64,000 nucleotides of DNA from Macrostomum hystrix (lineage: Eukaryota; Animalia; Platyhelminthes), in assembly GCA_950097015.1 (NCBI GenBank), contig CATNEN010000008.1:2418001-2482000 (forward strand), in the 5' to 3' direction. The notes under the pieces are model-generated. The model saw only the letters and a list, made by a program, of their open reading frames with translations, had not been told where the DNA came from and did not search any database. Positions 12,101-22,962 of the stretch are shown in pieces. Positions within the stretch are counted from its first letter, which is position 1; each line of letters opens with the position of its first letter. The translations under genes and the position numbers were made by a program.

Positions 12101-14430
12101 TGCTTTCCACTCTCATCCTCTGCTTTCCACTCCCATCCTCTGCTTTTCTCTCCCATCCTCTGCTTTCCTCTCCCATCCTCTGCTTTCCTCTCCCATCCTC
12201 TGCTTTCCTCTCTCATCCTCTGCTTTCCACTCCCATCCTCTGCTTTCCTCTTCCATCCTCTGCCTTCCTCACACATCCACTGCTTTTCTCTCCCACCCTC
12301 TGCTTTCCTCTCCCATCCTCTGCTTCCCACTCCCATCCTCTACTTTCCTCTCCCATCCTCTGCTTTCCACTCCCATCCTCTGCTTTCCTCTCCCATCCTC
12401 TGCTTTCCTCTCCCATCCTCTGCTTTCCTCTCCCATCCTCTGCTTTCCACTCCCATCCTCTGCTTTCCTCTCCCATCCTCTGCTTTCCTCTCCCATCCTC
12501 TGCTTTCCACTCCCATCCTCTGCTTTCCTCTCCCATCCTCTGCTTTCCTCTCCCATCCTCTGCTTTCCACTCTCATCCTCTGCTTTCCTCTCCCATCCTC
12601 TGCTTTCCACTCTCATCCTCTGCTTTCCTCTCCCATCCTCTGCTTTCCTCTCCCATCCTCTGCCTTCCTCACACATCCTCTGCTTTTCTCTCCCACCCTC
12701 TGCTTTCCTCTCCCATCCTCTGCTTTCCTCTCCCATCCTCTGCTTTCCACTCCCATCCTCTGCTTTCCTCTCCCATCCTCTGCTTTCCTCTCCCATCCGC
12801 TGCTTTCCTCTCCAATCCTCTGCTTTCCTCTCCCATCCGCTGCTTTCCTCTCTCATCCTCTGCTTTCCTCTCTCATCCTCTGCTTTCCACTCCCATCCTC
12901 TGCTTTTCTCTCCCATCCTCTGCTTTCCTCTCCCATCCTCTGCTTTCCACTCCCATCCTCTGCTTTCCTCTCCCATCCGCTGCTTTCCTCTCTCATCCTC
13001 TGCTTTCCACTCCCATCCTCTGCTTTCCTCTTCCATCCTCTGCCTTCCTCACACATCCTCTGCTTTTCTCTCCCACCCTCTGCTTTCCTCTCCCATCCTC
13101 TGCTTTCCTCTCCCATCCTCTGCTTTCCACTCCCATCCTCTGCTTTCCTCTCCCATCCTCTGCTTTCCTCTCCCATCCTCTGCTTTCCACTCCCATCCTC
13201 TGCTTTCCTCTCCCATCCTCTGCTTTCCTCTCCCATCCTCTGCTTTCCACTCTCATCCTCTGCTTTCCTCTCCCATCCTCTGCTTTCCACTCTCATCCTC
13301 TGCTTTCCTCTCCCATCCTCTGCTTTCCTCTCCCATCCTCTGCTTTCCTCTCCCATCCGCTGCTTTCCTCTCTCATCCTCTGCTTTCCTCTCCCATCCTC
13401 TGCTTTCCTCTCCCATCCTCTGCTTTCCACTCCCATCCTCTGCTTTCCTCTCCCATCCTCTGCTTTCCTCTCCCATCCGCTGCTTTCCTCTCCAATCCTC
13501 TGCTTTCCTCTCCCATCCGCTGCTTTCCTCTCTCATCCTCTGCTTTCCACTCCCATCCTCTGCTTTTCTCTCCCATCCTCTGCTTTCCTCTCCCATCCTC
13601 TGCTTTCCTCTCCCATCCTCTGCTTTCCTCTCTCATCCTCTGCTTTCCACTCCCATCCTCTGCTTTCCTCTTCCATCCTCTGCCTTCCTCACACATCCTC
13701 TGCTTTTCTCTCCCACCCTCTGCTTTCCTCTCCCATCCTCTGCTTCCCACTCCCATCCTCTACTTTCCTCTCCCATCCTCTGCTTCCCACTCCCATCCTC
13801 TGCTTCCCACTCCCATCAGTTGCTTTCCTCTCCCATCCTCTGCTTCCCACTCTCATCCTCTGCTTTCCTCTCTCATCCTCTGCTTCCCACTCTCATCCTC
13901 TGCTTTCCTCTCCCATCCTCTGCTTCCCACTCTCATCCTCTGCTTTCCTCTCTCATCCTCTGCTTTCCACTCTCATCCTCTGCTTTCCACTCCCATCCTC
14001 TGCTTTTCTCTCCCATCCTCTGCTTTCCTCTCCCATCCTCTGCTTTCCTCTCCCATCCTCTGCTTTCCTCTCTCATCCTCTGCTTTCCACTCCCATCCTC
14101 TGCTTTCCTCTTCCATCCTCTGCCTTCCTCACACATCCACTGCTTTTCTCTCCCACCCTCTGCTTTCCTCTCCCATCCTCTGCTTCCCACTCCCATCCTC
14201 TACTTTCCTCTCCCATCCTCTGCTTCCCACTCCCATCCTCTGCTTTCCACTCCCATCCTTTCCACTCCCATCAGTTGCTTTCCTCTGCCATCCTCTGCTT
14301 TCCACTCCCATCAGTTGCTTTCCACTCCCATTAGTTGCTTTCCACTCCCATTAGTTGCTTTCCACTCCCATTAGTTGCTTTCCACTCCCAACCTCTGCTT
14401 TCCTCTCCCATCCTCTGCTTTCCTCTGCCA
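9105..14430. repeat. 20-bp polypyrimidine/polypurine satellite, about 265 copies, with a 1860-bp higher-order duplication
   Basis: Unit TCCTCTGCTTTCCTCTCCCA. The variant pattern of 10501-12360 recurs at 12361-14220, and identical ORFs in the track are offset by 1860. Confidence 0.97.
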
Positions 14431-14591
14431 TTATCTTCCTTCCTACTGAATCCCACACTTCTTCGCACCGTCTCCTTTCTCCTTCAAGTTTTTCTGACGA
14501 ACTTTGACAGTTTTGACAACTTTGACAGCATGCCGAACATAACGAAAGTAGAATGCAGCACAGTTATATTTCTCAAGTTCTTCTTAAGTGT

Positions 14592-17500
14592 CTATCCCGA
14601 CAGCCCATCGTCCCAGTCGCCATAAATATCGTCATCAACTGTGGCTATTTTAGGCGCAACAGGATTTCCGCTAGGTCGAACAACGCCGCCACCACCGCGG
14701 CCGCCGCGACGGTGTTCAGTTCGCAAAGCTTCTAGCCGGCAACGCAAGGCCTCAACGTCGGCATTGTTGACGCAACGAAACGCCACAGCCGTGGCCGTCT
14801 CATTTCTTGTGTCGAACGACAGGCGAAACAAGCCGGACATGTTGGCCAGGTGCTGCTGAAGGCTGCGCAGAGCCTCCTGGCAGCGAGACAGGCCAGCCGA
14901 GTCGCCGCTGCGTCTCGCCGACTCCACATCGCTGGCTGTGAAGCCCAGAAGCTCTGGCAGGTGATTTTAGTTGGGTATAATTGTGTGGTTAGCCTAGGGC
15001 AGCTAGGGGCCAGCAAAGTTGGCCCGCGAGCCAGATGCGGCCCTCGAAGCTCCCAAATCCTGCCAGTTGCCCCTTACGACGCCTATAGTATCTTGTCTCA
15101 TATTTTCCTTTTCTCATCTCTCCCGTGTCTCATCTATTCCGTGTCTCATCTCTCCCGTGTCTCATCTATCCCGTGTCTCATCTATCCCGTGTCTCATCTA
15201 TCCCGTGTCTCATCTATCCCGTGTCACATCTATCCCGTGTCATCTATCCCGTGTCTTATCTATCGTGTCTCATCTCACCACTGTCTCATCTCACCACTGT
15301 CTCATCTCACCACTGTCTCATGTCACCACTGTCTCATCTCACCACTGTCTCATCTCACCACTGTCTCATCTCACCACTGTCTCATCTCACCACTGTCTCA
15401 TCTCACCACTGTCTTTTCTCTTCTCTGGCTTATCTCTTCCCTTTCTGATCTCTTCTCTGCGGCGGATAGCTCAGTCAGTAAGGTGTCGGACTCTGGATCA
15501 GATGGTCCTGGGTTCGACTCCCGACTTAGTCTAGAACTATTCGTGCTAGCCTTTGGCAAGCTGCTTTGCCCTGATGTACAGCCTACTCAGCTGCAAGTGA
15601 GTACCGAAATTTCGTCGGGTAATAATAATTCCGGCTGGCGTGGAATAAAGCAGCTCAGTGCGGCAATTCAGTGGTGGTTTGGATGCTGCCGATATGTATC
15701 GAAAAAATAAATTCGATTGCTGACACGCGGCTGTCAACCGGTGTCCGAGAGAACCGGGGATTACATTAGGTGTGCAGACCCCACCTGCTAGTGTGCTAGA
15801 CACACTACACCTGCAATAGCCCTTAAGTCTAGTGTCAATTGTTATATTATTATTAATATTATCTCTTCTCTGGCTTATATCTTCCCTCTCTCATCTATTC
15901 CCCGTCTTATCTCTCTCCTGTCCTACAGTTTATGCGGCCCGCTTTCGTCTTTTAGGTTGTCTCCGTGGCCCGCACGCTAACAAGTTTGCCGAACCCTGGC
16001 CAAGGGTTTAAAGCTTTGGACTCTTGAGGAAGAGGTCGCAAGTTTGAATCTTAGAAATTTTAGTTATTTAGAAGTTGGAAGTTATTAAAAAGTTTAGATT
16101 ACAATTTCTTAAATCTAACAAGATCAGTCTACAACAAAGACTTGGAGAACAAGGATTACGAGCATTGAAACAGAATCTCACCAGTGAGCAGCTGATCGTG
16201 CAGGTCGCAATTAATAGTACACGTGGCATCCGCCAGCATGCAGTGCAAACTGAATTTTCCGTCAGTAACCTCGAAGCGGCCGCGCAAAGCCATCAGATAG
16301 CCGCGAACAGTGTACTCTCTGAGCTGCGGCCCAGGCTCAGCTAGCCAGGTGTACACATCTTTCAGGTAGACAAACGGGGCGCTGTCTGCTTTGCAGCTGC
16401 TGCTGTTACTGTTGCTAGTCGTTGAGACAGGAGTTGTAGGCAGCTCAGCTATTTGAGAAAGAAGATATGAAATATTGACAACTTAACAATGTGACAGTGC
16501 TCACTACTTTAAAGCAGTGACCTCACACTTCTCACACCTTATCGACTAGACTCACATGGAATCTCAACTTATAGAATAGTCACACATGGAATCTAACCTT
16601 AGAGACTAGTGTCACACTCAATCTCACCTTAAAGACTAGTCTCACACTCAATCTCACCTTAGAGACTAGTCTCACACTCAATCTCACCTTAGAGACTAGT
16701 CTCACACTCAATCTCACCTTAGAGACTAGTCTCACACTCAATCTCACCTTAGAGACTAGTCTCACACTCAATCTCACCTTAGAGACTAGTCTTACACTCA
16801 ATCTCACCTTAGAGACTAGTCTTACACTCAATCTCACCTTAGAGACTAGTCTTACACTCAATCTCACCTTAGAGACTAGTCTTACATGGAATATCACCTT
16901 AGAGACTATTCTTACATGGAATCTCACCTTAGAGACTAGTCTTACATGGAATCTCACCTTACAGACTAGTCTTACATGGAATCTCACCTTACAGACTAGT
17001 CTTACATGGAATCTCACCTTAGAGACTAGTCTTACATGGAATCTCACCTTAGAGACTAGTCTTACATGGAATCTCACCTTACAGACTAGTCTTACATGGA
17101 ATCTCACCTTAGAGACTAGTCTTACATGGAATCTCACCTTAGAGACTAGTCTTACATGGAATCTCACCTTAGAGACTAGTCTTACATGGAATCTCACTTT
17201 ACAGACTAGTCTTACATGGAATCTCACCTTAGAGACTAGTCTTACATGGAATCTCACCTTACAGACTAGTCTTACATGGAATCTCACCTTAGAGACTAGT
17301 CTTACATGGAATCTCACCTTACAGACTAGTCTTACATGGAATCTCACCTTAGAGACTAGTCTTACATGGAATCTCACCTTAGAGACTAGTCTTACATGGA
17401 ATCTCACCTTAGAGACTAGTCTTACATGGAATCTCACCTTATAGTCTAGTCTTATGGAATCCCTCCATTTATTAATTTAGTAATTATGAACCAATAATAA

Positions 17501-20344
17501 TTAAACTAGTTGTTATAACGACAATGGCATATATTTATACGGGGACTAACCGACTCTGCCTTCGTTTTGAACCCTAGGCCGTTTGTTAACAGGAAACAAT
17601 GGCTCCCGATCAGCTGTTGCCGCTGGTGGCGCCGCCGCAGCAGCTTCCAATTCGTCACAGTCCAGACCTTCGATGGCTTGGGCAAATAACAGATCGTCGG
17701 CTTCTAGAGCTTCTTGAACTGACATCAGATGCGATTGCGGTTGATGTTGCTGCTGCTGCTGCTGCATTGGTGCTTTACTAGTACCAAGCCGTCTAAAGAT
17801 AAGATAAAGATGAGTGTGCAATTATCTGATCTATCATGTATTTTTTAATGGAGTTTCAATCAAAGTAGCTTACTGTCGCTGCTGCTGGTGCCTTGACGGC
17901 TGCAGTCCCTGTGTCTCCGCATTGTCGTCTGCTTCGCTATTATCATCTTCAAACGGATCGAATCCGCCTAGCAGTTCACGGACATTGTCACCATTCTGAC
18001 TGTCTAGCAATGAATTGATTGGCCTATTATTGGGATTGCTAGCTGCTCTAGGAAGGGAGAAATTTGACACTGGCTGATTGCCGCTCAGATTGGCTGCCGA
18101 GCGGGAAGAAGATAGAGCACCGGAATCGCTTGGAAACGGACGAGAGCGTATATTACTATTACTACTATTACTACTACTATTAATATTATTACTATTATTA
18201 TTAATGTTGTTTAGCCCGACAGCACTATTGGTAGCTAGCTGATGACGGCTGTAATTATTGAAACATGTCTCGTGTGGTTGCTGCTGCTGCCGTTGCTGAT
18301 GATGTGGCGGCGGCGGTGGCGGAGTCGGGCGTGAAACTTCCCGCACAGCTAGAGTACCCTGGTAGAATTATAAGCAGGTTAATTTATTATTTAATAATTA
18401 ATACTTTGATAAAGTAAAGGGGTTCTAGCCTTGTGGTGAGAGCGTCGGACTCACGACTTGAAGGTCGGGGGTTCGATTCCCGACTCCACTGTAACAGTTT
18501 GTGTCGTTCAGCAAGACACTTAATTCTGCATCGCTTCTGTTCACCCAGCTGTTTAATGGGTACCAGCATTAGCTGGGGTAATTGAGGGTTGGGTGTGGCA
18601 TCCCGACCCAGTCCATGGACTGAACAGCCGTACGCAGCCTTCAGATGCGCCGCGCAATAGCTGCGGCTGTGCTGTCGGCTGCACATCTGGCCCAATTGGG
18701 GCAGGTGTAATCAATTATTAATTTTATTATTTCATATAAAATTAACTAACAGCTCGTACCTGACTCCAATCATTTCCTGCAAAATACTGCTGTTGTTGCC
18801 GGTGAGTATTTCGATTTTGGCTAGCGCTGAGGTCGGCAAACAGCCGAGAAGTCACCTCGGCTGCGGACGGTGCCTACAATAGATTTGTTTCGCAGTTTGC
18901 GTATCATTTTTATTCGTGTGAGACTTGTGCAGAAATGGCGGGGGCTAACAACACTTCCCAAATGGGATCGAGACACAGGTAGTCTAGGGTCTAAACTTTA
19001 AGGTTTTCTTTACCTGAGCATCTGGAAGCTTTGGCAGCTCTAGTAGAGCCTGGTGGGGTGTCTGTTATTCAACCAAAGAGTCTGGTAGTGATTTCTCTAA
19101 CAGAGCTACGGGCGCCAGCTCTAATAAAAGTCCTAAAATTCCATGAAAAGCGCAAGAATTCTCTCAAAAATCGCATTTTTACATGCAATTGCGGCGGTGG
19201 TTCGAATCCCAGCCGGCGCAGAGCTGCTAGAAGCAGATTCTCCTGACTGCGCTCGGCCACCAGCTCGTCAACTTGGCCGCCGAGCACCTGGACGCCATCT
19301 GGCGACGTCAGCATGGCGATGCCGCGTCTAATCAGCAGAGGCGGCGATAGTCGCAGCTTGCAGCCGGGCGCCAGGGCGACACTGAGCTGTGGCATTGGCC
19401 GGCACTCGACTGCTCTCAGCTGGCTGCAACCGTCTGTTAGAGTCAGAAGCAGCATGCGGCCGCCCTTCGGCTCGTCCCACTGACCATACCCGCCGCGGTC
19501 GCCTCCGCCGCCTCCTTGGCCACCGCGGCCGCGGCCTCCGCCACCACCTCCACCGCGACCGCGACCTGCACCGCCGCTTCCACCTCCGCCACCGCCGCTC
19601 CAGCCTCCGTCGCCTTCTTCGCTAGTTGTTATCTATTAAGGATATTTTAAACAGATAGATAGCAACGACAGCTAGCCCAGTTGCGTCAAATGTACCGCAG
19701 ATTGCAAGGCTGTTCAGTCTGTGGACTGGGAGGGTCGCCACAAGCTAACGCTGCCAATCACTACAGTAACCATCTTAGGCTGGGTGAACTGAAATGGCTT
19801 GCTCAAGGAAAAAAATAGTCTCCCTTCGGCTGCGATTCGAACGTTCGACCTCTCAGTGAGAAGTCCGAATCCTAGAACACTGGCTTACGGACTTCACTAT
19901 ATCTTCACCACATCAATATCGGAAGTACTGACATGGAGGCACTGTCTACCGACTGGGCCCCCCACATCTAGACTAAATTTCTTTCTAAACTGGCAGGTCT
20001 AGAATTACCTCCAAGTTAGAATTCTCATCTCCGCGACACTTCCTGTACTGACTGTACAGAGACTGGCTGACATCCATCACCGATTCCAGTTGAAGCACAA
20101 TCTTTTTAGTCAGCTGGAATCGGTCTGCATTGGCCAATTCTCCAGGCAGACAGGGAGTCTCAAACTCTCGCAGATCGGAGTGCAGGTACTGCTCATACAG
20201 CAGGCTGCGCAGCTCGTCTGGGGCAAACGACTCTGGCTGACGGCCGTGCTCCTGACAGAGCCAGTCGCGACCAGCGTCCAGCCAGCCAGGTGGCACCACA
20301 AGAGACTGGGCATTGAACCAGTCCTGATCACTACCGCGGCTTGT
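14592..20344 (-). CDS. RMI1: RecQ-mediated genome instability protein 1 (RMI1), about 750 aa
   Basis: Exons 20344-20009, 19632-19183, 18873-18760, 18358-17874, 17792-17551, 16448-16182 and 14953-14592 total 2256 nt in frame, all GT-AG. N-terminal motifs: VPPGWL, EQYLHSDLR, VMDVSQSLYSQ. OB1: RMLLLTLTDG...VQVLGGQVDEL. OB2: PFVYL...LLGFT. No genomic ATG was found for the first exon. Confidence 0.93.
15000..15998. mobile_element. hAT-like non-autonomous element (MITE) carrying an internal 15-bp minisatellite, in an RMI1 intron
   Basis: Degenerate TIRs (cag[ctag]gggccagcaaagtt / agtttgccgaaccctg) and an imperfect 8-bp TSD (gcctaggg/gccaaggg). Subterminal sequences are shared with the 52844-53966 element. 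Confidence 0.7.
15459..15860 (+). mobile_element. tRNA-derived SINE, family B (CORE-like centre), nested in the MITE
   Basis: A-box-like TAGCTCAGTCAG, B-box GGTTCGACTCC and an AT-rich tail. An 11-bp TSD ATCTCTTCTCT flanks it at 15448-15458 and 15861-15871. Confidence 0.8.
16545..17455. repeat. 30-bp minisatellite, about 30 copies, in an RMI1 intron
   Basis: Unit ATCTCACCTTAGAGACTAGTCTTACATGGA, with CACACTCA variants in the left part. Confidence 0.95.
18419..18730 (+). mobile_element. tRNA-derived SINE, family A (CORE-like domain), in an RMI1 intron
   Basis: tRNA-like head with B-box GGTTCGATTCC, CORE-like segment at 18501-18560 and a (TTA)-rich tail. A similar second copy lies at 51485-51797. 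Confidence 0.85.
19775..19890 (-). mobile_element. SINE 5' fragment (tRNA head plus start of CORE-like domain)
   Basis: The minus strand reads ...GTTCGAATCGCAG...CCTTGAGCAAGCCATTTCAGTTCACCCAGC. Confidence 0.6.
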
Positions 20345-21282
20345 CTGCAAAGTGATTCAACACTCTCTCAAAGATAGCAGGGACAAGGATATGGTATGTA
20401 AAGGCAAGATTCCAACAAAAAATATGTCTCATAAATAGAGTATTTCAATAATTACGAATGAGACTCATAAAATGTCTGTTAATCACTGACTTAACAGTTC
20501 AGTATGGCATAGCTGTTGAGGGCCTATGCTATATTGAAAAGGCATTTGTTGCTTGTAAATAAATAATGATAGCAAGTATACCCAAAAAGAATAGTTAAAA
20601 AAAGTCTATAAATAACACAAAATAGAAAATGCAAAAACCTGAAAGAAATATTTATAGTTTTACTCAAAGGAGCATTTTAATTTAAAGGCTAGATAGAAGA
20701 CACAGGCTTCTTGAACTTTACTCCTATAAAATGGTATAGCTTTGATTGCTTGATAACTAATTTGTTCCAACCTGCTTTAACAATTTTAAATGACCTCATT
20801 GAAATTTCAACAACTACCCTAACTTGGCTATAATAGGACTAGGATAACAAGACTAGCCAAACAGGACCAGGGGGCCTGGGGTTCTGGGTTGCATAAATTT
20901 AATTTAGAAACTAAGGTAATAATAAGGACTAGATAATCTACAATACAAACATGGCAATCTGTTAATAGTAACATTGCCTTATTAAATTCAATAATATATT
21001 TAACATATCATGATCCCTGCCAGGCATTTTGATGCCTGTATTTTGGTACCAGGTACCTTTTTGATGCATTTCAGTTATCAGTTTTAAATATGTCGATGCT
21101 AATGTGCTTAAATACTTCCTGCCCATACATGCCCAACAACCATCCGAACTGGACGGGTAAAATGGCTGCCTGCCAAGGTAAGTCGCAAAATCGAAAATGT
21201 AAAAAAACAAAAATTGGGGGAAGAAAGAAAGAAGAGGAAGAGAAAAAGAAAATAAAGGAGGGGGAAAAGAGAGAGAGAGGAA

Positions 21283-21855
21283 GGGGCGAGTGGGTCAGCG
21301 GCTAACGTCGCTGCCTCGCACTCCAAAGGACGCTAGTTCGATTCACCCTTCAAGTCACGATTAATTTCAGTACTTGTTGGGGGGGTTTGGACAGTAGCGA
21401 CCGGCGGAGGTGCACCATATTTCGTGCAATCAAAGCTTGAAAAATAGCTTCGCTCCTACCTCTCTGTGTGCCTGTTCTGCGTTGTATGAGTTCTGTGCGT
21501 TGGCGCTGGGGCGTTAGACCTTGTGGGGGGTGGCTGGGGGGCGGGTGTACACCGCCGCGCGCTCATCTGGATTTCCGTCAGCGCGATTGGATAAAGTGTA
21601 CACTCGTCACCCGGCCCCCCCTGAGGACTGATTTCTTATCAGCCTTCCATCCCGGCTTGGTCTGCTCTGTGCGTGTGCGGGCCTGGGGTGAGAGGCACTC
21701 CGGCTGCCGCCCCCTTCCCCGCTTGGCTTGCTGCTGTGTGTGTGTGAGTGCCTGCTCAGGGGAGGCGGCGCGATGGGCGGCTCTCGCCTAGTTCGCCGGC
21801 CTGGGGGCATGCCGTTCCTGTGTTTGTGCGTCAAGTGCCCCAGGCCCCCCTGCAA
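21283..21855 (+). mobile_element. tRNA-derived SINE, family D, apparently full length (about 570 bp)
   Basis: A-box-like TGGGTCAGCGG and B-box GTTCGATTC (21336-21344). The 3' part recurs, reversed, at 46853-47212 with a TSD. Confidence 0.7.
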
Positions 21856-22750
21856 AGTAAGTAAGAGGAAAAGAGGAGAGAGGAAAAGAGGAGAGAGAGG
21901 AAAAGAGGAGAGAGAGGAAAAGAGGAGAGAGGAAAAGAGGAGAGAGAGGAAAAGAGGAGAGAGGAAAAGAGGAGAGAGGAAAAGAGGAGAGAGGAAAAGA
22001 GGAGAGAGAGGAAAAGAGGAGAGAGGAAAAGAGGAGAGAGGAAAAGAGGAGAGAGAGGAAAAGAGGAGAGAGGAAAAGAGGAGAGAGAGGAAAATAGGAG
22101 AGAGGAAAAGAGGAGAGAGAGAAAGAGGAGAGAGAGGAAAAGAGGAGAGAGGAAAAGAGGAGAGAGGAAAAGAGGAGAGAGGAAAAGAGGAGAGAGAGGA
22201 AAATAGGAGAGAGGAAAAGAGGAGAGAGAGAAAGAGGAGAGAGAGGAAAAGAGGAGAGAGGAAAAGAGGAGAGAGGAAAAGAGGAGAGAGGAAAAGAGGA
22301 GAGAGAGGAAAAGAGGAGAGAGGAAAAGAGGAGAGAGAGGAAAAGAGGAGAGAGGAAAAGAGGAGAGAGAGGAAAAGAGGAGAGAGAGGAAAAGAGGAGA
22401 GAGGAAAAGAGGAGAGAGAGGAAAAGAGGAGAGAGGAAAAGAGGAGAGAGAGGAAAAGAGGAGAGAGAGGAAAAGAGGAGAGAGGAAAAGAGGAGAGAGA
22501 GGAAAAGAGGAGAGAGGAAAAGAGGAGAGAGAGGAAAAGAGGAGAGAGAGGAAAAGAGGAGAGAGGAAAAGAGGAGAGAGAGGAAAAGAGGAGAGAGGAA
22601 AAGAGGAGAGAGAGGAAAAGAGGAGAGAGAGGAAAAGAGGAGAGAGGAAAAGAGGAGAGAGAGGAAAAGAGGAGAGAGGAAAAGAGGAGAGAGAGGAAAA
22701 TAGGAGAGAGGAAAAGAGGAGAGAGAGAAAGAGGAGAGAGAGGAAAAGAG
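21856..22750. repeat. Purine-rich A/G simple repeat forming the tail of SINE D
   Basis: AGAGGAAAAGAGGAG-type units of 10-17 nt. Confidence 0.95.
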
Positions 22751-22962
22751 AAAAAGGCAAGAAAAGTCATCTCTGGTCATATTTTAAATAAAAAAATGTG
22801 TTTCATAGAGCAAAAATATGCTATGCCATTAAATTTAATTGAGCTAACCCTTCACTACACTAATAAGAAACTTATTAGTTGCCGTTTATATAGCTTTAAA
22901 TACAGGCTTTAAAATATGATATTAAGTGTCACTTACTGGCACAAGTTCGAATATGTGTTTTG

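Noticed and set aside
9103-14374. 1500-1750 aa ORFs in all three plus frames, and many minus-strand ORFs
   Set aside because: They are translations of a stop-free 20-bp satellite. All frames give the same peptide because 20 is not a multiple of 3.
15459-15530. tRNA genes here and at 18419, 21283, 50457 and 51485
   Set aside because: A and B boxes are present but there is no closing acceptor stem. They continue into repeated SINE bodies with tails or TSDs.
16580-17437. 285-aa (FHVRLVSKVR)n ORF
   Set aside because: It is the 30-bp minisatellite inside an RMI1 intron, with no splice or coding support.
19622-19624. Acceptor TAG at 19624-19622 for RMI1 exon 2
   Set aside because: Wrong phase. 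The TAG at 19635-19633 restores the frame.
21057-21069. ATG CAT CAA AAA G|gtacct as the RMI1 first coding exon
   Set aside because: The phase-1 donor is incompatible with the phase-0 acceptor at 20345 unless an unseen exon intervenes.
21615-21650. Hammerhead ribozyme cores (CTGAGGA here; CTGACGA at about 30850 and 50633)
   Set aside because: A stem follows, but the required GAAA and the cleavage triplet are not in position.
21607-22912. Glu/Arg/Lys-rich and Leu/Ser/Phe-rich ORFs
   Set aside because: Purine simple repeat forming a SINE tail.
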